From: Octopus bimaculoides
Lineage: Eukaryota
DNA: 64,000 bases
NCBI RefSeq assembly: GCF_001194135.2
Contig: NC_068985.1
Location: 59,282,941 to 59,346,940, forward strand
Reading direction: 5' to 3'
The number at the start of each line of letters is the position of its first letter. The stretch's first letter is position 1. The position numbers were made by a program, and so were the translations under genes. Shown here piece by piece: positions 1 through 12,529 of the stretch. The notes under the pieces are model-generated. The model worked only from the letters and a program-made list of their open reading frames with translations. It searched no databases and was not told the DNA's origin.

Positions 1-600
1 AAACATTGAAGTTAAAAGTTTGATGACAAAAGAAAAGGTGGAGAAGAAAAAAGAAAAAGCAAAGAAGCAACTTGACTTCGCCCGCTGCGGCGGGTGCAGA
101 GGTGGGAAAAATTAACCTAATGAATATAGAAAAGCATAAGCAGATGTTAACAAGGGAGGGGTACGAAACAAAAGTACCCCCCCACACACACACACACACC
201 AAAGGAGATTCAAGAAATGGAGGGAAAAACAATAATATTCAAGATATATAAAGTAAAAGAAAAGAAAATAGATTACGTGTTAGAGGCCGAAATGGAAAAG
301 TGCCTAAAACCAATTTGGCAAAAAAGAAAATACCTCTCAAGAGGAAGACGTATTGCACCCGTCGAGGTAAAAATGGAATCGGAAGAAGCCTGGCTCTTCT
401 TGGAAGAACGGATATATTGAATCGTTTGGAAGTAGAGTAGAGATGTGGATCTTCGCCACATTTGAAAATATAGAGAGGCTTCTCTACCAAGTACAGATTG
501 AAGGGGAAAATTCCCTGAAAGTGGTAGTGGAGGGTCGCATGTTTTCGTACTCCGTATTTCATATTTTCGTATTTCGTGTTGTTTACGTTTTGTGATGTCC
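1..600 (+). mobile_element. Possible ORF1-like remnant of a LINE (L1/Tx1-like), truncated
   Basis: Lys/Glu-rich frames at 1-120 and 217-420 (MEGKTIIFKIY...KYLSRGRRIAPVEVKMESEEA). Several short hairpins: GGGGTAC/GTACCCC, ATGTGG/CCACAT, TAGAGA/TCTCTA. The family assignment is by resemblance only. Confidence 0.3.
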
Positions 601-637
601 TGTACTCATACCTGCATATATATATATATATATATAG

Positions 638-895
638 TTATCGCCAAGCCAACATGGCAGTCCCAAAATTAGGACGAAAGCTGCCGTGAATTATAAATAT
701 AATGTAACCTCGTGGGCATCGGTACCATTTTCCTCTTTCTCCGTTCTTCCATTCTCCGAACTTTCCATCTTTCCGACGAAGGGCTACGCCCGAAACGTCA
801 TACACTCTCTCTTTCCTTTCCTGAGCGTCCAATAATACTATCCATATCACGTCCTCACTTTGTTGTTTTTTGTTTTTTTGTTATTGTTTTTTTAA
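638..895 (+). mobile_element. Penelope-like element terminal (pLTR-type) fragment
   Basis: Hammerhead-like motif followed by TTTCCTGAGCGTCCAATAATAC, a T-rich tail and (TA)n. The same layout recurs at 56280-56490 (TTTCCCGAGCGCCAAACTAATAC). Confidence 0.5.
773..800 (+). ncRNA. Degenerate minimal hammerhead ribozyme motif
   Basis: CCGACGA-A-GGGC-TAC-GCCC-GAAA-C-GTC-A. Stem II and GAAA are intact, the core has U4>C, and there is no good stem I. Confidence 0.45.
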
Positions 896-1021
896 ACTAT
901 ATATATATATATATATTTACACTTATGTGTAGGTATGTACATATATGTATGTATGTATATATGCATATATATATATATATTTACACTTATGTGTAGGTAT
1001 GTACATATACGTATGTATATA

Positions 1022-1061
<40 letters not shown>

Positions 1062-1085
1062 GTTATTTATGTTATATAGATAGAC

Positions 1086-1162
<77 letters not shown>

Positions 1163-1172
1163 TACATACATA
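896..1172. repeat. (TA)n and (GATA)n microsatellites with a duplicated ~45 bp unit
   Basis: Read directly. TTTACACTTATGTGTAGGTATGTACATATA occurs twice. Confidence 0.95.
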
Positions 1173-2040
1173 TATGAGGGAGAGCTGAGAGGTTCATAGA
1201 CTGACTATGAATAATCCGTGTAGTGCTGTGAAATCTTTCATGCATTCATTTCAATTCATTAATTGTTTCATTCCAGGTAAACTGGCATCTAACAACCTCA
1301 AAAATATGTAGTAGTGAATTCTCTTGAAAATCAAGAAAATTTGGCAACGTGCTATTATCAAGGACCTACTAGAAAGGGCTTAGCTCGCAAGGACATTCAT
1401 GCTGACTTGGTTGCCACAGTAGGAAATGATTCTCCAGTTTTATCAACAGTGCAAAAGGAAACAGCTGAATTTAGTAGGGGAACGGAGAAGCTTGAAGATA
1501 ACCCAAAGTCTGGAAACACTGTAACTGCCACCACCGAGAAATACATTGACCCTGCTCACCACATGGTGATGAATGACAGAGAACTCGCTATAAATCAAAT
1601 AAGCAATGCTATCATTATATCCCGTGAGAGAAGTAAGAATTACTACACAAGGAACTTGGAATGATGAACGTTTCGGCTTGATGGGTGCCATAACTTCTAA
1701 CACCTGTCCAAAAGCGTACCACACGGATCACATCACGGGAAGCCCTGACACTTTTGAGGCTGATCTAGCTGATTTCCTTTAGTGTTTCCTAACCCTGCAT
1801 GAGTTTTCGGTTCAACACTTTGAGACAATCCATGCAATGTAAACTTCTCACCTCACCTATTCCAAAGAAGGTCAAGGTCGTTTCATGTGCAGGGATGGTG
1901 ATGGCATCAGGTTTTGTGATGCATATGCTTTGCCTTTATTGACTATCTTCAAAAGGTCAAAAGCATAAATGGAAAGTACCACGCCAAGTTTCTGAACCGA
2001 ATAAATTCTATACAAGTTTTTCGGTAAACTTCCAAGTCTT
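1173..2040 (+). mobile_element. Mariner (Tc1/mariner) transposase relic, 3'-truncated
   Basis: TIR-like start TA-TGAGGGAGAGCTGAGAGGTTC. HTH-like segment KGLARKDIHADLVATVG..STVQK..AEF.RG.E.LED. WVP*LL at 1682-1699 matches the WVPxxL motif. Downstream PKKVK..S.G.VMAS and IDYL.KG..ING. Frameshifts and stops throughout. Confidence 0.85.
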
Positions 2041-3109
2041 ATGCATTTTTAAAATGATCATAGAATATTCCTTACTGCCAGTACCCTATAAACATATAAA
2101 GAGAATTATTTTATAGAGATATAAGTAGTTTATATCTTGTCTTCAGATGTTGGACAGTTCATGCAAATAAAGGTTTTTACCTAGAACTTTTTTTTACCTG
2201 AAAGGATATCAGCGTTTAGTCCTTGTAAAATACAGCGTATCATAGTTTAATGCGAACTTTTAATTTATGGAGTGTGGTGTAAATGAGATGGCCTGTCTTA
2301 TTCAGAAACAGGCTGAGTGAGAAGTTATCAGTAAAAGGCATGATTATGTCTCATTTCGACATCAGAAATGATTACAGTAAAGTTTAATTTGATCATGAGA
2401 TTATCAGGTCTTATTATTTGGTAGCTAGCATGGGACAAAACACAAAAAGTTGCTGTCATTAACTTTCGCTAGTGGAAGGAGAGCTACTATGTTTATTGGC
2501 ACTGTGGTAACTGACTCAACGTAAAGAATATTCAGAAAACATTGACTGACAACGGAGAAATAATTGAATATGTAATTATAAAGGGAATCTGACCAGATGG
2601 TGACGTAATAATATAGTGGAAATGATTATTTCCGATGTTTTTAGCATCAGCATTAGCCACAGTATAATTAAATGCAGTGATTAGGGAAAATATTAGTGGT
2701 TAGTTAACCTTATTATTTGGTCAAGCAAGCAATTACTAGATTCAGAGAACAATGACAAAGGCTATATTGCCAAGGACTATAATTATCCCTAGAACGTATG
2801 CAAGCGATTCCATCGTTTCTCATTTTAGGGGCGAGATATTACCCTAATTACGCAGCTTTCCTACTAAGAGATTGGAAACAGCTATAAAACTGCTCATAAT
2901 ATTTCACAACCTCCTACACAATTATTGGCTTTATTTTAATTTAATTAAATCTCTTCTTTTTCCCTGTCGTCTTCTATTGCAAGTTGGTGAGAAATCTTGG
3001 TAATTAATTATTGATATCTTACTGTTAATCATACCCTCATTTCCTTTTTATTGTAAATTCTTCATTAACTGTAACATCCTACCGTCATATTCCCTCCTCT
3101 TCCTCCTCC

Positions 3110-3226
3110 TCCTCCCTCCTCTTCTTCTTTATCATCGATATCATCCTCATCATCATCATCATCATGATCGTAGCCTCTGTCATGTTAACAACCAGCATCT
3201 CACCATCATCATCGTGGTCATCATCG

Positions 3227-3280
<54 letters not shown>

Positions 3281-3365
3281 CCAACACCACCAACATCATC
3301 ATCATCGCCATTACCACGGTCATCATTGTCGTCGTCATCGCCGTTATTATCATCATAATTGAGTG
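3110..3365. repeat. Compound (CTC)/(ATC)/(GTC) trinucleotide repeat
   Basis: Read directly. It generates the poly-Asp/Ser/Ile/Met ORFs in the track. Confidence 0.95.
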
Positions 3366-3974
3366 TAACTTCAACGACTATAAACAAAATAGCAAAATAT
3401 CTAACACCAACTTGTAAATGCAACTTAACTGTTCTTAACTACAACTACTTCTACTACCACTACTACAATCCCAATATCGATAATTACGCTACTAATACCA
3501 ACATCACTACCGATAATGTCAATACCACTACTGCGGCCCTTCCAAAATCATTACCACTACTACACCACCAATACTACGAATTCTACAACAATAACTTAAA
3601 CTTCTTCTGATTGCACACGATCTATAATCGGTGTCTATTTGTGATTGAATCTTAGCATCGAGTTAACAAAAAAAAATCCACATTATCAATTAACATAAAA
3701 GAATAATTGCAAATTAATTAGTTAATTATTTAATTAAATAATTTATATTAATCGTTATAATTCAAATATTAGGTAACTAAATTTTACTTCTTAGTCTAAC
3801 ATTTTACTTCATTAAACATCATCCCATCCTGCAGTATGTTAATGTAAAGTGTACATTTGAGACAATATAAATCTCTGTATACATATATCACTCTAGCCAT
3901 CGAACAACTGCATCTGGCCTAAATTAGGCAATAAGACGCGCAAATGCATCTGCCCGTCTGCTGAAGTTATATTA

Positions 3975-4369
3975 CACATACACACACAGGCACGCACGCA
4001 CACACACACACACACACACACATACACACACACACACACACACCTATTTATAAGAAAAAAGAATAAGTGGTTGATGTGCGTTCAAGATTTATACAGTGAA
4101 CGGTGCTCCAGCAACGCCACTGTCCTTGAGATGAAACTTGCAAAAGATTAAACGAATAATATATTTGACTTTACATTTTACAACATAGGCGGTAAATAGA
4201 TTTTCCGATATATTTATATACATGAAATTAAAACTATGAAGGTGTCTCTCACATAGCAAATGATTACGTATAATAGTTTTATTGATTATATCAGTGTATG
4301 CCTTCACAAAGTGAATATTAAAAACACAACAGAGAGAGATAGAGAGAGAGAGACAGAGAGAGAGAGACA

Positions 4370-4411
<42 letters not shown>
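3975..4411. repeat. (CA)n at ~3975-4045 and (GA)n at ~4330-4411
   Basis: Read directly. Confidence 0.95.
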
Positions 4412-4415
<4 letters not shown>

Positions 4416-4689
4416 CATATGGTAAGGTATAAAACGGTTTTTGTATAAAAAGAATTTAATGAATGAATTTCAGTGAATGTTGTAGCCAAAAAGATAATCT
4501 GATTCAAATATAATCCCAAACCATCAAATTTGGTTACTCCCACGTGAAGACTTGGCATTATTGTGTTAATAATACACTAAATGATATAATCAATTTGCCC
4601 TCTCCGCCGAAATTGCTGGCCTTATACATTTCACGTGAATGTGTGGTATGTCTATGTTATTGAGTGTGCATGAAGATGCATGACTTTGT

Positions 4690-4920
4690 GTGATGCTGTA
4701 CGATGTTAGTTGAATAAATTTTATGTACGATGAAAGATGTATGTTACTGGATGATGTTTTATGATGTTTTACGATGTTGAATGGTGGTATATGGTCTATG
4801 ATGCTGTATGATGGAGTATGATGTTGTATGATGCGTTATAATGCCGTATGATGTTGTGTGATGCTCTATAATATATGATATTATTTATGATGTCTATGTG
4901 GTTGAGTGTGATGCCTGATT
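4690..4920. repeat. Degenerate ~10-bp minisatellite (TGATGYTGTA-like)
   Basis: Repeated tgatgttgta/tgatgctgta/tgatgtttta units. Confidence 0.75.
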
Positions 4921-5651
4921 ATATTGAATGTTCTCTGATATTGTTGATAACAAAGAAGCAATAAGTATGGCGTATACTAATTTAAGAATGTTTCGGAATT
5001 AGGTATGCAGGTAACAGGTATAATGTCACTTTTGTGTAACTGTATATGTATGCATATGTATATGTGTGTGCTCGAGCGTGTTGCCATTCTTATAAGAAGC
5101 TGTTTCATGTAAGGACGTGGACAAAAAGAAAGATTCCTTGCGGTACTCCATTCGGAGAAATTAGGATTTTGGGATGATTGGCAAGTAATTTATAAGTAAC
5201 ATTTTGTATTGTCACGAAAGCCCAGAGAACGTTTTCCATATATAATAGCAGAGGAAGGAGTCGAAAATTTTCTAGATGTCATGTTGGATACAACATTTCT
5301 TGTGGTAGATTTTGCATTTGTTCCTGAGACCATCACGCAACGTTTTCGCTAGGATCGTGAGTATTGTGATAGTTGCATACAGGAAGTGGTGAGATAAATG
5401 AACCTAGTCCTATCATTTAGAGAAAAGGTTGTGTAGTAGAGACATATAAATGCTGGGATATTTTTGTTTTAAAGGAAGCAATGCCGTTCTGGGGTCGATG
5501 TAATCGACTAGTGCCCTCCCCTAGAAATAATTAATAACAAAAACGACCTCCAGCATTACAGACTTCCATCTCTACCACAAACATATAACCAAGAACAACA
5601 GCAACAACAAAATTGTGTTATAATCCTATTTCCGATCGAAGGAGAGACATC

Positions 5652-5691
<40 letters not shown>

Positions 5692-5695
5692 TAAA

Positions 5696-7535
5696 TAGTA
5701 CAACCGGAATATTCCAACGGATGGCCATCCACACTCATCATCAAATGACCAAAAGAAAAAGAATAAAAATGGTCTAGGGGAGATAATAAAGAAGCTTTTA
5801 AGGCCTTCGAATATGTCAAATAAATCTAATACTGAGCAAAGCTACCTAAACTGGAGAGAGAAGCAGTTTGAAGTAAGACCCTACATAGACAGTAACAAAC
5901 TTGCCAACGTCAGAAGAAACATAATGAAAAGAAATTACTACCTAAATGAGAGATTGACCAAATTAAACAATCAGTAAGGGATAAAGGGAACGAAGTTGCA
6001 GCTTAAGAAGATACTAGAGTGGGAATAATTATAGACCAGCCTAGGTCTGATGAAAATGCAGTAATGATAGAAAAAAGTTAATGTAACTCATAAGGAATGT
6101 GAAATACTCTCTGAACCAACCATAAACACTAAGGCAGATGAAAATTAAATAGGTGAAGTAAGTCACACAAAAATTGACCCAAGTTAACGAGATGATCTAA
6201 AAAAAAAGCAAATCATGATTGAATGGCTGAAAATTAAAGAAACTAGTATGAATGAACGTGACACTCTCCCGAAAATTTTCAACTATAACCAAAACCTGAA
6301 AGTAATTGGTAAGATCTGCCTTGCACTTAAGTATATCATTTCAGCTAATGATGTTGGTATTACAGATCTCAACCATCTGTACTATGCATTCGCGAAAATC
6401 TCAGCGATTGTATGTGGTGAAAAGATTAGAAAACGACAACATTCCCACAAAAAGCCTATTTGGCGAGAGCGTATTTAGGAACAAATTCAGCTACTTAGGT
6501 TTGACATAGATTGTTTAAAAAAACCTTAAGTTTGACAATAGTATCAAACCAACAAAAATCCGAAAGTTAAAGAAAAAGTATATGAAAACCATACTTGACA
6601 TCGATACCACCATAGAAACTAAACTACCAAGCAAAAGGTATGAGCATAGCAAGGACAACATATTCAAAAATACTCCCAAAATTTTTTACAGGAAAATAGG
6701 GAAAATACCAGTTACAGTAGAGTGTGTCCCATCAAAAGAAGATATGCAGGAATTTTGGAATAAAATTTGGCCAGAAGAAAAAAACACACAATGAAAAGGC
6801 CCCTTGGTCTGATAGAATATCTACTGACTTAGACTTCTTAGAAGGGCAAAAGTGGGAGGTTATCAAGGTAGAGGATGTAAGATCTCCTCTCGGGAGGTCA
6901 AGCAAATGGAAGTCTCCAGGAAAGGATAAAATTCCTATACTCTGGTTGAGTCATGAACTGCTAACAAAGAATCATGAACTGCTAACAAATGTTTACAACG
7001 ATGTTTTGCAACAACCTAATATGACTCCCTCTTGGACAGTTAATAGCGTAACATTCCTACTTCCAAAAAAATGAAGAAACCAAACAATTATAGACTCATA
7101 ATCTGCTTAACAACAATGTATAACATGCTAACATCTGTCTTGATTGAATATACCTATAGTGTTTAGATAAAAAGTGGCAATTTCCATAATGAGCATAAAG
7201 GATATAGACATGGGTCCTATGGTTGTAAAGATTAGCTACTCATCAATGAGATGAACTTGGAAGATTGTCACAAACGACACAAAAACTTGTTGATTGCCTG
7301 GATAGGCTATAAAAACTCTTTTGATACTCTACCACACAGGTGGATTAAGATATGTCTGAAAATGTATAAAACGACTCTGCGAAACTTCTTGTCTGTAAGT
7401 ATGAGATCATGAAGAACCACACTGATTTGAACAGTGACAATGAATTTCTCAATGCTGGAGATGTAACAAATTCAGGTGGCATTTTCTAGGGTGATACTCT
7501 ATCACTACTCTTCTTTTGTCTAGCCTTAATTCTTC
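5696..7535 (+). mobile_element. R4/Dong-type RLE non-LTR retrotransposon, degraded, truncated in RT
   Basis: Starts right after (AAT)n. Motifs: NIFKNTPKIFYRKIG, WKSPGKDKIP, YRLIICLTTMY, G.YGCKD.LLIN, AWIGYKNSFD.LPH, GIF*GDTLS.LFFCLAL. Many stops and frameshifts. Confidence 0.85.
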
Positions 7536-10280
7536 TCACCTTAAATTTTTCTGTCATTTCTTTTTCCATCAATTTATCCATTTCCAAAATCTCCAAGCAC
7601 TTATAGCCCGTCTCTTCTATCTGCTTCATAACCTCCCCCACAGTATCGTTAGCCCGTCCATACATTTGATTTTACCTCTCTTCAAGACTAACAGATCACA
7701 CTTTCTCAGTCCAAACTCCATTCTGATATCAGCATTAAAGGTATACACCGTGTCAACGAGGAACTGACTTGGGCTTCATCTTTACTATAAAGTTTGAGGT
7801 CATCCATGAATAACAAATGGTTGACTTTTTGTTGGCGGATTTTGAATACATACCCAGCTTTTGCTTTCCTCAGAATCAGTGTTAGTGACATCAAGCACAG
7901 TACAAAGATCAGTGGGGACAGGAAGTCCCCTTAGAAGATACCCCTCCTAATTTCTACTGTCCCTAAACCTCTTCCGTATGCTGTCAGGTCCCTCCTCCAA
8001 TTCGCCACACTCTTTCCAAGAAGTCGCTCAACATTCGATGCAGTTCAAAATAGGCCCATACACTCCATAATCCAAGAATGTGGGATTATATTGTATGCCT
8101 TATGATAGTCGATTCATGGCATGGCTAAGTTACTTTTCCCCCTCTTGCAGTCTCTTAGTACAGTTTTTTCTATCAGGAGTTGATCCTTGGTACCTCTGCA
8201 CTTACGCTTGCAACCCTTCTGCTCATTTGGCAGGACTCCGTTTTTTTCCAAATGTTCGTGCATTGACTCTGCGAGTATTCCAGTCAATAAATTCCACATA
8301 AGTGGCAAACAAGATATCGGCCTGTAATTGTCTACCGTATAGGCTTTTTCAGGCACAGCAATGTCCTACCCAATGTCAACCACTTTGGTGTTACTTGGTC
8401 GGTATTAAACAAGGTGATGAGTTGCGTAGCTATTCGTGCATGACATTCACCAAATCTTTTGATCCAGTAGCCTTGAACTCCATTTGGTCCTGGGGCCTTC
8501 CAGTTGCTCATTTTTTTTTTTTTTTTTGCTGATTTCCTTCACTTCCCTAACTGAAATGACTAGTTCTGCTTGTTTTGGACTGACTACTGTTTGTTTCAAT
8601 TCTTGCAAACATTCAGCATCCTTCTTGTGCTCCTTGTCCTTGAGCCAGATGTCACTACAAAACCTTTGACTTTCAATGTTATCTGGTATCAACTTCTCAT
8701 CTGTACACTCTCCATTTATTTCCTCATAGAATCTCTCTTCTGATCTATTCTGAATAGCCTAATCTGATGGTGATCCTCAATTCTTTGGTCGTGTATTACC
8801 ATCTTTGCTTTCTTTGTAACTATGGTGTTACTTGGTCGGTATTTAACAAGTTGTTAAGTTGCGCAGCTATTTGTGCATGACATTCACCAAATCTTTTGAT
8901 CCAGTAGCCTTGAACTCCATCTGGTCCAGGGGACGTCCAGTTGATCATATTTTGCTGATTCCCTTCACTTCCCTAACTGAAATAACTGGTTCTGCCTGTT
9001 TTGTACAGATTTTTGTTTGTTTCAGTTCTTGTGCTCCTTGTCTTTGCTCCAGATGTCACTCCAAAATCTTTGACTTTCATTGTTATCTGGTATAAACTTT
9101 TCATCTGTTCACTTTCTATTTATTTCTTTATAGAATCTCTTCTAATTGACTCTGAATAACCTATTCTGATGGTAACCCTTCATTCTTTGGTCGTATCTTA
9201 TTATCTTTGCTTTCTTTGCAACGAGGCGCTATTTCAGTTCCCCCATTACTCATTTCAGGCCCTATATTTCAATATTATACTTTCTTTTCAGCGCCCTGTA
9301 TGCTTGTTCGTTTTTAAGCTCCCCTTTCTCTTTTCGGCCTAACACAGAAATTTTCTTCGAGAGCATGTCTAACTCAGCCTGGATTCTTCTTTTCTACCAT
9401 GGGTCTTTACTTTTGTCACTTCCATTCTGTTTCTTTTTCTTGACATCAACACACACATTTTCTGCTACAACAATACTTGTTGCTTTGATCAAATTATTTG
9501 TTTCTGTGTTGTTTGTTCTGATGTATTTTAGAATATCATTGACATTTTTTCGTTTCTTGGTTCAATTTCGATCAATCTTTTTTTAAATCTGCAAATAATG
9601 TCGCTATCGTTCTCCTGTAATCTTACCGTTATTCTGTCATAGATTGCCTTTTGTTCATGTTGCCATTAGTTTTATTGTCTTCTTTCAGATCATCTATATG
9701 TCTATCATCAAGTAAACTACCACTGTTCCTTTCCTGTGCTATGAGATTACGTTTATTAGTAAGAACTGTATTTTCATTGATATCTCTCCTACTATTTTCC
9801 ATGACCCGTCTTTTGGTAGCTTCGAGCTCTACTTCTGTGAACCAAAAATTTTCTCTTATTGCTCATGCTTGATCACAGTCTCTGTTCCGGGAGTTGAAGG
9901 AATCCCTTTTCTCTCCAATGATCATACATATGTTGTCGGTAACCCCTAATTTGAGCACCATTTTCATCTACCGGGCTGCTCATATAGCAACACTCCATCA
10001 CTAGAGCATTGATTTGCTCCATCCATCTGCGTCGTGTGTGGTGGCCCCTATCGACAGGCTGGAGCCGGACCAGAATCTCTGAGCCTGCCGGGTGCAACAC
10101 TGTCACCATCAGTGGCTTCAATTTCATTACCACGGTTATTCACAATATTTCGTTTCTTCATCGTCACTCATATGAGGTGGCGATTATCAGCTTGCGCAAT
10201 TACCAGTGTTTTTATTGTGACACCATCGCTAGATGTATCATTAATCAATTCATGGGGAGGTTCCATCTGTGTCATTTCAT
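7536..10280 (-). mobile_element. R4/Dong-type RLE non-LTR retrotransposon, 5' end to mid-RT, degraded
   Basis: N-terminal RRRWMEQINALVMECCY..RGYRQHMY..W..EQRL, then [59 protein letters not shown]. The 5' flank is an (ATG)n(AAT)n tract. Confidence 0.9.
8386..9222 (-). repeat. Internal tandem duplication (~435 bp + ~400 bp) within the R4/Dong element
   Basis: 8386-8820 and 8823-9222 both start TGGTGTTACTTGGTCGGTATT and end GCTTTCTTTG(T/C)AAC. They are clearly diverged from each other. Confidence 0.9.
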
Positions 10281-10362
10281 TATTATTATTATTATCATCA
10301 TCATCATCATCATCACTGATATCACTGATATTGTTTGTATGTCTAGTAGCAGCAGTGGTTCT

Positions 10363-10961
10363 CGAATACTCAAGGAGAAAGGAAAGGGTAGGTATTCACA
10401 CAGTACTTGTAGATATTAAAGGGGTTTTTTTAAAGCTGATCGTTTGTGTGTTCGAAAGCAAGTAGGTATGTAAGTTTCCTAAATTATTTTATTTTGAGGG
10501 AGATTTAAAGTATTCACAGGAAATTGTAGATATTCCAGCCTTTGGGAATTGTAGGAGGAAGAGATGTTCACCTTGTTGCATTTTTGAACTTCTGAATTTC
10601 TTTTTTTTTTCTTTTGGAATTTTTCTTTGCTTTTTAAAAGTTTTACTGTGGTTTACAGTTTTTGTAGTTGTGCAGTATGTATATATTGGAAGGTGCGTAC
10701 TTCCTTAATTTTTTAACGTGCTTTTAATTGTATTGTTACAATAAAATGCATGTTTACATATTCGGTTAATCAGGGAAGAAACAAGGACAAAATGTTCACA
10801 CAAATTGAAGATATTAACGTTTCTCAATGTTTTGAGGTGTTCGTTTGCATTTCCATTCAGAGAAAACTGTGGTGTTTTTTACAATAAAAAGGATGTTTAC
10901 ATTTTCGAATATTCAGGGGAAAAGGAACGGAAAGAAAAGTAAGATAATTTTTTTCATAGAA
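10363..10961. repeat. Unclassified dispersed repeat, copy 1
   Basis: GAATACTCA.GGAGAAAGGAAAGG..GGTATTCAC... aligns along its length with 30691-31547. This copy runs into a gap. Confidence 0.85.
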
Positions 10962-11350
10962 NNNNNNNNNNNNNNNNNNNNNNNNNNNNNNNNNNNNNNN
11001 NNNNNNNNNNNNNNNNNNNNNNNNNNNNNNNNNNNNNNNNNNNNNNNNNNNNNNNNNNNNNNNNNNNNNNNNNNNNNNNNNNNNNNNNNNNNNNNNNNNN
11101 NNNNNNNNNNNNNNNNNNNNNNNNNNNNNNNNNNNNNNNNNNNNNNNNNNNNNNNNNNNNNNNNNNNNNNNNNNNNNNNNNNNNNNNNNNNNNNNNNNNN
11201 NNNNNNNATATCCCTGCTGGGTTGTATTAGTGTTTCAGTCTTCAGCTGCTGACAGGTCAGAGCAGCGAAGAAAACGTCCAGCCGCCTTTTCCCCTCCAGC
11301 CGCCTTTTCCCCCTCCAGCCGCCTTATTATTATTAATGTTATTATTATTA

Positions 11351-11897
11351 TTGAGTGAGAGAGCAGTGCATGTCATCAAAGTGACACTGGGGTAAAATAT
11401 ACGAAGCCCAATATACCCATCATGACTACCCGTCTGATAAGGATACACCAGGCACATGCATCACAACCATATATGTGCGACATGGTGATCTCATATCAAG
11501 ATAAACAGCGCATGACCTCGCAGGTGGGGTCCACTTAGAATTTTCTTCAGGTCGAGTAGCCCATCTCGCTCAGAAGGTCCTTGAATAAGGTTTGCTTAAA
11601 GATGTTGAGCAAAACACCCATGTTTCCAAAGGTGAATTATTCAAACCCCAAAGAATTCCTCTCAACACATGGCTATGATGCTCCCCCACTACTTCTGCTC
11701 GTGATCAGAGATGCACATATCGTCAGCCATCAAGGGCTATGCTCAACTGGTTAAGGTCAAACAACTGACAAGCAAATCTGTGGTATTAAGCAGAATGTTT
11801 ACTGTAGCCAATATTTTATACCAAGACAAAACAATGTACATGATAACACTTCCAATCAATTAAGACCAGGAGCCATGAGACCCACTGCCTTGTACTA
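11351..11897 (-). mobile_element. ~545 bp non-coding retroposon-like element with (AAT)n tail
   Basis: Ends ...GCACTGCTCTCTCACTC-(AAT)n on the minus strand and is flanked by TAT/AAT tracts on both sides. Partial copies at 40485-40542 and 41607-42014. Confidence 0.75.
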
Positions 11898-11912
11898 CTA
11901 TTATTATTATTA

Positions 11913-11982
<70 letters not shown>

Positions 11983-11989
11983 CACCATT

Positions 11990-12021
<32 letters not shown>

Positions 12022-12095
12022 TATATTGGTTGGTTTGGCTGAGGTTCGGTCTTATTCCTGGTAGGATTTTATGTGTGTAGCGGGCTGATCATCAC

Positions 12096-12128
<33 letters not shown>

Positions 12129-12471
12129 TATCATTATTATTATGACAGCAACAATTACAACACCAAATACAAGGCTGAAGAAATAAAAATATATATAGTT
12201 TTAGGTTCTTGACCAAAATTACTTTTCTTTAAATTTACCCAAAGGGAATGATAAATATTTTGCTATTTCTCTACAATTCCAAAGAGAAACTGAACATTGA
12301 CTCCTAAAATTTCCAAACTGATAAACGATCAGGAAGATGACAACTAACGTTATAATGTTGTTTTTGTTAGAAAGTTCTAACTCAAAAAATGAAACTTGAA
12401 ATTTTTGTTGTCGGTATTGTGGCCGTTATTATTGTTGCTATCAGGGTTATGGTATTGAAGTGTTGCATGTG

Positions 12472-12529
<58 letters not shown>

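Noticed and set aside
2240-2900. Faint RT-like phrases (also ~5050-5420 and ~44440-44935)
   Set aside because: Too degraded to support a call without a profile search.
3085-3423. Poly-Asp/Ser/Ile/Met ORFs (also 20633-20954, 41982-42220, 55819-56238 and many CVCV/YIYI/HTHT ORFs)
   Set aside because: They are translations of microsatellites, open in several frames, with no coding signal.
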